DNA of 32,000 nucleotides from the NCBI RefSeq assembly GCF_000016745.1, contig NC_009483.1, forward strand, positions 3,570,001-3,602,000. The letters are read 5' to 3'. A program made the translations under genes and the position numbers. This DNA is from Geotalea uraniireducens Rf4. GTDB taxonomy: Bacteria; Desulfobacterota; Desulfuromonadia; Geobacterales; Geobacteraceae. Numbering within the stretch: the first letter of the stretch is position 1; every line of letters begins with the position of its first letter. Below are positions 27,801 to 32,000 of this stretch, piece after piece. Below the pieces are notes generated by a model. The model did not search any database. It saw only the letters and a list, made by a program, of their open reading frames with translations, and was not told where the DNA came from.

Positions 27801-30393
27801 ATACGTTGGACGGCAGGAAGTCCATGACGTCGGCATCGTATGCTTCGGAGCCACCATCGTTATTAATGGTGACCGTATAGCGGAGAACGTCACCTGGTGC
27901 AGCAGGAGAGGTTATGGATTTGCCCGCCGGCGAGGCGTAGCTCACCGTCTTTGCAGCGGTCAGGTGCGGCTCGACCACCGTCATGCCGGAGGTGGTTGCC
28001 GCACCGCCGGTCGTTTGGGTCAAGCTGTCGCCGTTTATCTTGTCATAGGTATATGACGCGCTGTTGGTAAACGTCACGCCACTGTGGTTGGTGGTGGTGT
28101 TCTGCAGGGCCACCGTCACCTGGATGACCGCCTGGCCCCCCGCGGGGATATCGATACCGGTGTTCAGGTCCTGGAGAATGATATTGGTAGCAGTGCCGGT
28201 ATTGGTCAGGTTCCAGTTGCCGCCGGATATGACCTGCGCACCCACAAAGGTCATGTTGGCCGCGGAGAGTCCCAGATTGTCCAGGATCCTCACGTCGTAC
28301 AAGGGCACGTTGGTGGGGGTCGCAGGCACCTTAATGAGGTAACGGAACTGCTGACCAATCGTCGCACTGCTCTGGGTATTCGCCTTCGATAGCGGTCCGG
28401 GCGTCTGGATCGTCACCGGGGTAGGATCCCCTCCCGAACCGAGCAGTACCGTGCCGTTGATGTACGGATCATCACTGGAGCCGGACCACGTTTGGCCGTT
28501 CGAGTCGGTGCCGGTGAGGCTCGCCTGATTGGAGATAAGAGTGCCGTCCGTGAGGTTCGAGTCCAGCGTGGCATCGAAGTCGATCTGAATCTGCGAAGTG
28601 GTATTTGCTCCCCCTGGCAGATTCAGGCCGGTGATGGTAATGGAGCCTGGAGTCCCGCCGCCGGGTTGAGTGACGCTTGTTGAACCGCCCGCCGGGGTGA
28701 TAGTAACGTTGGAGATCGAACCCAATGCCGCAGGCAAGTTGTCGGTGATTGTGATGCCATTGAGCGCTGGCCATGTAAAGTTCTGGAGCAGGAGGGTGTA
28801 GTGCAGCCTGTCACCCGGAAAGGCCGTGGCGGCCGGGTAGGTGCCGGTGGTCAGGTCCCGGACCGTCTTCTGAAAGTAATAGCCGGACAGCGCCGCTGTA
28901 ACCTGGTAGACGTCCTGGAAATCCAATGTGCCCGGCGTGCCGTCGGTGATCGTCCTGTCGTACTCACGACGGCCGGCATGGCTGCTGTTCGCGCTGAACC
29001 ACCTGGTAGCGCCGGCAATATTGGTAAGCGTCGTTCCGGATGCGACGCCAGTGCTGTCGAGCTGTGCCTGGTAGGTGATGATCAGACGCTGCGTGGGGGC
29101 GATTTTGGTCGTATCAAGCATGGTCAGGGTAAGCTGGCTGGCTGAACTGCTGCCGCCGTTCCAGGTGAGCGTGAAGTCGGTGCCATTTACCAGCGGACCC
29201 GAGACCGGGGTGACGCCGTCAGACGCAAAGATCTGAGCGGTGACTGTGGGCAAGGGCGAGTAAGTGCTCATACCGGCCGGGAGATGGTCGGTGATCGTGG
29301 CGTTCCACGCATCGCTGCCCCCGGTGTTCTGGACATTGAGCGTGTATTTCACCTGCGAATCCACGTTGACGGTTGTTGCCGAGCCCGTCTTGGTGAGCGT
29401 AAGATTGGGCTCGACGACGGTCATCGGCAGCGTCGTGCCGGGCCATGCCTGGAGATCGGCTATGTCCGTCGAATTGATCGTTTTGTTGAACCACATATTG
29501 GCAGTGTTGCTGAACTGCGTCCCTGCCAGGTTCACGCTCGTCGGGTTGTTATCGAGGACAACGGTGAGGTCGATCTCAACGTTATATCCAGCCGGGAGCG
29601 AAGCCAGAGCCGGATTATATTCATAGGAAAAGACAAGATGCTTGGTAGCATCCGACAGAATGCCGGGGTGATTGGAGAGCCAGGTACTGCTTGCCCCCAG
29701 CGTCAGTGGTGCGCCTCCGTTCAACGGCGTTCTGGCGCCGGAACCCGGGTTCACCAGGTAGGCCGCGTTGCTCACATAGGTAAGAGCCGCACCTGTTGTG
29801 GTGAGATCGTCGGGGATAACGACATTCGCGATATTGGTGTCGTCGGCGTTGGCCATATACTGGAAGGTGCCCGTGGCATCCAGTTTGCCCAGGAGCGGCA
29901 CGGTGATCGTGTAGGAAAAGGGCACACCGATGGCAGCAGTAGTCTGGGTCGGTGGGTTCTTCTTACTGACTGCATCCACCGGCACCATAAAGGCCTGGCA
30001 GGAAGGACTGATGTTGTTGAACCCACCGGGCGCCCAATAGATCCAAAAGTCCGATTGGGTCGGGTCGTTACACGACATGTTGCCGTAGTAGTAAACGTTG
30101 GTGAAAGCGATGTAGAAGGATTGCTGTTGGGGAAAATTAAAATTGATGTTGGTGATTGGGAAACCGCCCATGGACTGCGGAAAGTTCTTTACCGTGCAGT
30201 TCATGTCAATCCCGAACGTGGAGGCAGATTGAATGGCCGCTAAGATAGCGGGGTTATAACCGTCAACGACTCCGCCAAACTGGGAGCAGAAAACGCCCGC
30301 AGCCTGCGCACGCGAGGCCGCACCCAGCACCAGGAGCAGAAGAGCAATGACGATATTGAAGCGAAGTGAGTAAATTTTCATAACGATTCGCAC
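21832..30393 (-). CDS. giant DUF11 ('conserved repeat domain') surface protein / putative adhesin, 2853 aa
   Basis: GTG 30393 has GAGGG 4 nt upstream; ATG 30381 is an alternative. Signal peptide ...IVIALLLLVLGAASRAQA. At least nine DUF11-type signatures (e.g. GDTLAYTITVKNIGTENATGGTLRDLIP, GDTLQYTINVINSGATPATGVVLTDAIP, GELITYTVKIANSGAAPAYNTVLTDALP). Two SdrD-B/Cna-B-like modules (GSVWQDGNYDNSLDSGE..., GKVFDDANANGYPDPGE...). Confidence 0.9.
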   Translation of the reverse strand: MRIVMKIYSLRFNIVIALLLLVLGAASRAQAAGVFCSQFGGVVDGYNPAILAAIQSASTFGIDMNCTVKNFPQSMGGFPITNINFNFPQQQSFYIAFTNVYYYGNMSCNDPTQSDFWIYWAPGGFNNISPSCQAFMVPVDAVSKKNPPTQTTAAIGVPFSYTITVPLLGKLDATGTFQYMANADDTNIANVVIPDDLTTTGAALTYVSNAAYLVNPGSGARTPLNGGAPLTLGASSTWLSNHPGILSDATKHLVFSYEYNPALASLPAGYNVEIDLTVVLDNNPTSVNLAGTQFSNTANMWFNKTINSTDIADLQAWPGTTLPMTVVEPNLTLTKTGSATTVNVDSQVKYTLNVQNTGGSDAWNATITDHLPAGMSTYSPLPTVTAQIFASDGVTPVSGPLVNGTDFTLTWNGGSSSASQLTLTMLDTTKIAPTQRLIITYQAQLDSTGVASGTTLTNIAGATRWFSANSSHAGRREYDRTITDGTPGTLDFQDVYQVTAALSGYYFQKTVRDLTTGTYPAATAFPGDRLHYTLLLQNFTWPALNGITITDNLPAALGSISNVTITPAGGSTSVTQPGGGTPGSITITGLNLPGGANTTSQIQIDFDATLDSNLTDGTLISNQASLTGTDSNGQTWSGSSDDPYINGTVLLGSGGDPTPVTIQTPGPLSKANTQSSATIGQQFRYLIKVPATPTNVPLYDVRILDNLGLSAANMTFVGAQVISGGNWNLTNTGTATNIILQDLNTGIDIPAGGQAVIQVTVALQNTTTNHSGVTFTNSASYTYDKINGDSLTQTTGGAATTSGMTVVEPHLTAAKTVSYASPAGKSITSPAAPGDVLRYTVTINNDGGSEAYDADVMDFLPSNVSLVPGSATAQINGVPVSGFITTPRVLASSAVDWGSQNGDTSLDIPAGGTLMLTYNVGVVETSGAPITNSVYVDWSSLSGAITGERTGAGCPNVTSQNNYCTGPASASVTSLDPTTLAKSVVSDSWTIAPSTGTDSTLRIGDTVVYSLALTLREGVTQNVVVTDQLPTGLALDSVVSITPATGSSNFTYTVASQPAPGATGTLTWTLGNITNAVDNNPANNTLIIQYRAHVVKNTLAQSPTAQQLTNNATLSYAINGIAATPKTAGATINLWQPMLNVSKSAATANGGTVITAGELITYTVKIANSGAAPAYNTVLTDALPVGLRQTGVTTTSITLVNTATNAVTATLPGLSPAYGSATGVATWNFDVSGSPDLYAIPPGQTLQVIYQVKADTGLGAGMTLNNQAQVTTYYSFDSQDVPAGSQVTNRQVYGPTSTATVQLTTAAATALSKQALVTKAAIGQPFTYSITVPAVPQATAMYDVRILDNLSSSVTGVDMSFVSVQRVSGPAFTPVNTGTATNLVIQDTTNGIDIPAGQQIVVNVTVVLGNTANNAMGKQFQNTATYTYDSIDNTASTQANGAPGASPAITIVGPALTMQKSGPSTMTALAPGTFTLNVQNTGGSTAWQTTLADFLPKVTTPSPGSMCGSAPTNVTARIYQADGVTPVSAPLSSGTDFTVSFAGAPACTFTVAMKSSATAIPPTDRLIVTYSASLDPYTAGGITLTNVAGATQWLSADPAVTAPGNIQTSTFPLTNGTLGVLDNQDAFTLTTQAPLLTFTKTVQNVTTGQSGANAKPGETLQYTLRIQNVGSLPASNFTLTDDLDKLNTPPMFVPGTLKLITVPAGANTSLTSATGGTKGTGLVSIGNLSVAPQGETGDTLVIQFQVTLAPVINSGSLVLNQAQIGSPLLPTQLSDDPSVTGTANPTRTLITSAPTFQVLKTVQDITSGTATVMAGDTLAYTITVKNIGTENATGGTLRDLIPPNTTYVANSTTLNGAAVADPGAGVSALENGLSINSPANPTAGAMPANAGTTTTNVATVTFQVQISRNVVAGTLISNQGFVDGSGAASGPFPEQPSDNPATPVQNDPTTVVVGNLPLVYALKTVQLAGDVNGNGLVDPGDTLQYTINVINSGATPATGVVLTDAIPANTTYVANSVQMNGAAVADPGTGISPLTNGMGVSGGILAAGGTGVVTFKVQVNSGVVTGTIISNQGSVATAQLPPLLTDSDGNPTNGYQPTVIAVGNAQQLSITKSAVVVGGGAALPGSVLEYTVQATNIGTVPATNVVIIDDLTPLLNQATYVANSATMNGSGSGVSFTSPVVSANYGANYGASYGTLSPGGSVVVRFRVKLNATLATGSVVTNTAQASWNSPSQTANASTSVTVGGMPGSGSLNGSVWQDGNYDNSLDSGELTSANWAVDLYENGGLVGTVNTDADGSYHFSGVTPNAGTTIQYELRFRAPGAGANTAMLGWCNSPFTNGMQRISSIIVGAGGVLQDLNLPLTPNGVVYNSIMRTPIAGATLIMVQASSKTPLAGSCFNDPAQQGQVTQSSGYYKFDLNFSDPSCPSGGEYLIQVTPPASGYMVGVSKLVPPTSSSTTASFSVPACPGTPADAVPGTPNYCEAQALSLAPAVSVPAGTGTAHYLHLTLDNVQPGYSQIYNNHVAIDPTLNTAIAITKTAALVNVTRGQLVPYTITLNNTLGVALRNLSVVDTFPLGFKYVAGSARMDGQKIEPVMNMRQLIWSISQLSSNTNHTITFLMIVGSGVSEGEYVNRAQVMDNATDSVASGVATATVRVTPDPDFDCTDIIGKVFDDANANGYPDPGEKGVPGARVVTPRGLIATTDEFGRFHITCGVVPDEDRGSNFILKLDDRTLPTGYRVTSENPLVERATRGKMLRFNFGATIHHVVSLDIADGVFEPKSTKLRMQWQPRIGLLLKELRKAPSVLRLSYLADTENRGVAEDRLKALKKEITGKWDGGYPLTIETEVFWRRGSPP

Positions 30394-30424
30394 TCAGCCC
30401 TCGACAAGAATTGCACAGACATCC

Positions 30425-30606
30425 AAAAATAAATAAGCGCTCTCACCTTCCGAAGATGAGAGCGCCTTGTTGTCGGTAAAAACCGGGTACCAAGAGGCAA
30501 ACTCATCTCTTCGGCAACCCGGCTATCCTTTTAGGTCAGGACCCGTGGCTTTGCGTCACCAGATTGCTCTGGTTTTGCCCGTTCGGAGAACGTTTTGAAG
30601 CTTAGA
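30425..30606 (-). promoter_or_regulatory. GEMM-I (cyclic-di-GMP-I class) riboswitch with intrinsic terminator, copy 1, directly upstream of the giant DUF11 gene
   Basis: Minus-strand RNA reads ...CGGGCAAAACCAGAGCAAUCUGGUGACGCAAAGCCACGGGUCC...AGCCGGGUUGCCGAAGAG. This matches the GEMM-I core as I recall it from Vc2 (GGGCAAACC...GACGCAAAGCC...GCGGGGUUACCGA), including a GNRA-capped P1a. It is followed by hairpin GCGCUCUCAUCUUCGGAAGGUGAGAGCGC (30437-30465) and a U-rich tract. Confidence 0.8.
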
Positions 30607-30624
30607 ACTGTTGACTGCGTAAAC

Positions 30625-30671
30625 GAAAAAACCCGCGCCATAGCCGATGATTCGACTGATAGCGCGGGTTT
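30625..30671 (-). terminator. rho-independent terminator after the 54-aa ORF
   Basis: Minus-strand AACCCGCGC...GCGCGGGUU stem (30630-30638/30662-30670, 23-nt loop) followed by UUUUUU (plus-strand a30626-30631). Confidence 0.6.
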
Positions 30672-30777
30672 CACTTGCCCCGTAAGGATGAGACTTACCG
30701 CTTTGTTCTATTCAATTCTGCCAGCAGAAATAACTTCTATTCGCCAGCATCATGCTTTGTTGGCAAAAGTCGCGAAA

Positions 30778-30942
30778 TTATTTCAGGCGTTCCTGCTTCA
30801 TCACATCGGACACCCGGTAATCGGCAACATTGATCGTCACCTGGAGACACGGCGCGGAGAGTAGGCCAATCTCTTTCATGCACTCGGTCAGCTTCCGCTT
30901 CCACTCCGGGTCAAGGCCCGGTTTTCGTATGATCTTCTCCAT
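30778..30942 (-). CDS. small hypothetical protein (54 aa) downstream of tandem GEMM-I riboswitches
   Basis: ATG 30942 with GAGG 7 nt upstream. Product is MEKIIRKPGLDPEWKRKLTECMKEIGLLSAPCLQVTINVADYRVSDVMKQERLK. The longer 89-aa track ORF runs into the riboswitch terminator. No homology recognised, so coding status is uncertain. Confidence 0.45.
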   Translation of the reverse strand: MEKIIRKPGLDPEWKRKLTECMKEIGLLSAPCLQVTINVADYRVSDVMKQERLK

Positions 30943-30963
30943 GGCTATACCTCGTAGACCGAT

Positions 30964-31146
30964 AAAAAAAGGAGCACTCTCATCTTCCGAAGATAAGAGT
31001 GCTCCTTTGTGTCGGTAACATACCGGGTGCCAGGATGCATATCTCATCTCTTCGGCAACCCGGCTATCCTTTAGGTCAGGACCCGTGGCTTTGCGTCACC
31101 AGATTACTCTGGTTTTGCCCGTTCGGAGAACGTTTTGAAGCTTAGA
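30964..31146 (-). promoter_or_regulatory. GEMM-I riboswitch with intrinsic terminator, copy 2
   Basis: Nearly identical to copy 1 across the aptamer (about 31043-31132). Terminator GGAGCACUCUUAUCUUCGGAAGAUGAGAGUGCUCC (30971-31005) plus U7. Confidence 0.8.
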
Positions 31147-31207
31147 TCAAATCGATGAACACCTCGCTCCTGCGCTTTTGAACAAAAAAATTACCTGCAC
31201 ATTCAAT

Positions 31208-31380
31208 AAAAAAAGGAGCACTCTTATCTTCCGAAGATAAGAGCGCTCCTTGTGTCGGTAATATACCGGGTACCAAGATGCATATCTCATCTCTTCGGCA
31301 ACCCGGCTATCCTTTTAGGTCAGGACCCGTAGCTTTGCGTCACCAGATTACTCTGGTTTTGCCCGTTCGGAGAACGTTTT
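31208..31380 (-). promoter_or_regulatory. GEMM-I riboswitch with intrinsic terminator, copy 3
   Basis: Same aptamer (about 31286-31376), with one visible core change (GCAAAGCUACGGG vs GCAAAGCCACGGG). Terminator stem at 31215-31249 plus U-run. Confidence 0.75.
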
Positions 31381-31406
31381 TTCATTGCTTAAATCGAATG
31401 GTTTTT

Positions 31407-31435
31407 CTTTTATCAAATGCCCCAAAGAATAGCAA
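31407..31435 (-). promoter_or_regulatory. candidate sigma70-type promoter for the riboswitch leader
   Basis: On the minus strand: TTGCTA (31435-31430), 17-nt spacer, TAAAAG (31412-31407). This lies ~25-30 nt upstream of the copy-3 aptamer, in an AT-rich tract. Confidence 0.25.
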
Positions 31436-31580
31436 CAATTTTTTTGGCTGAGCAGAATATTTTTGCTCTTCAAGTGATTTTCGAGAAACTGTTTACTGTT
31501 GGCGTGACGTTCCCCCCCAAAAACTGACCCCAAAAGTTGTGTGAGACTTTCACAATTCGAAAGGACGCACAATAGGGGCG

Positions 31581-31629
31581 GAAAAAGCAAAAGGCCCTGA
31601 CTGCGAAAGAACTGCGAAAGTCAGGGGCC
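31581..31629 (-). terminator. rho-independent terminator downstream of the tRNA-Gly 3' fragment
   Basis: Minus-strand GGCCCCUGAC...GUCAGGGCC stem (31620-31629/31593-31601) followed by UUUUGCUUUUUC. Confidence 0.6.
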
Positions 31630-31663
31630 AAAGCTTATAAGTAACTGATTTTAGAAATAAAAT

Positions 31664-31708
31664 TGGAGCGGGAAACGGGATTCGAAGCCGCGACCTTCAG
31701 CTTGGGAA
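31664..31708 (-). pseudogene. 3' half of tRNA-Gly(CCC): anticodon loop to CCA only; att-site-type remnant
   Basis: The reverse complement reads TTCCCAA-GCTGA-AGGTC-GCGGC-TTCGAAT-CCCGT-TTCCCGC-T-CCA. The acceptor 3' strand and T-arm closely resemble bacterial tRNA-Gly, but the invariant G53 is a C. No D-arm or 5' acceptor strand (GCGGGAA) is present upstream. Confidence 0.65.
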
Positions 31709-31849
31709 TCTGAAATTTTATGGTTTCAGAATTATTCTGCGCGTCTCACCACCCCCTACATTACGTCCTTAACTAGTTGACATAGCAAGATTTGTCTTGT
31801 ATATCCCTTCCTATTCCTTCCAAATATTTTTGATCGTTGCCAAGACAGT

Positions 31850-31871
31850 AGAGGTTACACAGAGGTTACAC
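31850..31871 (+). repeat. perfect tandem 11-mer (AGAGGTTACAC x2) just upstream of the integrase start
   Basis: agaggttacac at 31850-31860 and again at 31861-31871, ending 12 nt before ATG 31884. Confidence 0.8.
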
Positions 31872-31883
31872 GTGCCCGATACG

Positions 31884-32000
31884 ATGACACCCCAAAATCG
31901 ACAGCGCAAGCGTGAACAACGTAAACCCGGTCCTTTCACTGACAGGTTCATAAAAAGCCTCAAACCTGAAAGCGAAATGTACCAGGTGCGTGAGGGACGA
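31884..32000 (+). CDS. int: tyrosine recombinase / P4-type phage integrase, N-terminal 39 codons (runs off the window)
   Basis: MTPQNRQRKREQRKPGPFTDRFIKSLKPESEMYQVREGR matches the (L/F)TDxxIKxLKPxxxxYxxxDG arm-binding N-terminus of P4-family integrases. It sits next to a tRNA fragment. Confidence 0.6.
   Translation, partial: MTPQNRQRKREQRKPGPFTDRFIKSLKPESEMYQVREGR

Noticed and set aside
10483-30243. Many long + strand ORFs opposite the minus-strand supercluster, e.g. 18518-21547 (1009 aa), 22102-23235, 24076-24975, 27310-28056, 29284-30243, 16460-17362, 10483-11376, 11431-12147, 12199-13086, 13818-14606, 15210-15857.
   Set aside because: Their translations are R/G/A/P/H-rich low-complexity strings with no recognisable motifs or RBS context. 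The minus-strand frames carry clear domain signatures (OmpA, DUF11, TPR, signal peptides). These are typical shadow ORFs of high-GC coding DNA.
30425-31380. Calling the riboswitches 3'3'-cGAMP-selective (GEMM-Ib), as in Geobacter.
   Set aside because: The GGG preceding CAAA matches the c-di-GMP-type pattern as I recall it. Without a proper alignment or binding data the ligand call stays open, so I report only the GEMM-I class.
30400-31400. The three ~180-bp repeats were considered as a CRISPR array, a satellite or a MITE cluster.
   Set aside because: The repeat units are far too long and are not separated by uniform spacers. Each unit contains the GEMM-I aptamer core plus a terminator, so they are riboswitches.
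30595-31590. ORFs 30595-30864 (+), 30830-31018 (+), the 35-codon N-terminal extension of 30778-31047 (-), and 31348-31590 (-).
   Set aside because: They run through riboswitch aptamers or terminator hairpins, or through AT-rich leader sequence. They lack RBSs, and their translations look random.
31664-31755. A complete tRNA gene on the minus strand.
   Set aside because: The sequence upstream of the anticodon loop has no D-arm and no GCGGGAA acceptor strand. Instead it forms an unrelated AT-rich hairpin (31710-31729). The T-stem also has a C at the invariant G53 position.

Overview
High-GC window, most consistent with a Geobacter/Desulfuromonadales-like deltaproteobacterial chromosome. That placement is an inference from gene content, stacked GEMM-I riboswitches and GC-rich palindromic repeats. 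All calls come from reading the sequence and ORF translations by eye; no searches were run.

Left 6 kb, + strand: a soluble protein made of four tandem Cache-like repeats, then an accessory-looking patch. In that patch a complete class-II Fic gene and a 3'-truncated Fic paralog form 993-bp direct repeats, 2903 bp apart. They bracket a leaderless ricin-lectin/clan-A glycoside hydrolase gene.

Positions 6.1-30.4 kb are one co-directional, tightly packed minus-strand supercluster. In transcription order it encodes:
- a 2853-aa DUF11-repeat surface protein;
- a 1706-aa protein with three N-terminal OmpA-like domains and a C-terminal beta-barrel-like region;
- two secreted proteins (176 and 629 aa);
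- an 1108-aa TPR lipoprotein and a ~240-260-aa TPR lipoprotein;
- a 106-aa secreted protein;
- ExbB, two ExbD paralogs, and a TonB-like protein with an AgmX/PglI-type C-terminal domain.

This motor-plus-TPR content resembles the conserved core of the Myxococcus Agl-Glt/Nfs envelope machines, here joined to two giant surface proteins. I consider it the best candidate for an undescribed system.

Upstream of the cluster (30.4-31.4 kb, minus strand) are three ~180-nt GEMM-I (cyclic-di-GMP type) riboswitch-plus-terminator units. Two in tandem precede a 54-aa ORF and one directly precedes the giant gene. Three copies of a double-hairpin REP-like element fill the only large intercistronic gaps, and a related palindrome cluster sits in frame inside the 1108-aa gene.

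The right edge holds a degenerate 3' half of tRNA-Gly(CCC) with its terminator, an 11-bp tandem repeat and the start of a P4-type integrase. Together these mark an integration-site boundary.
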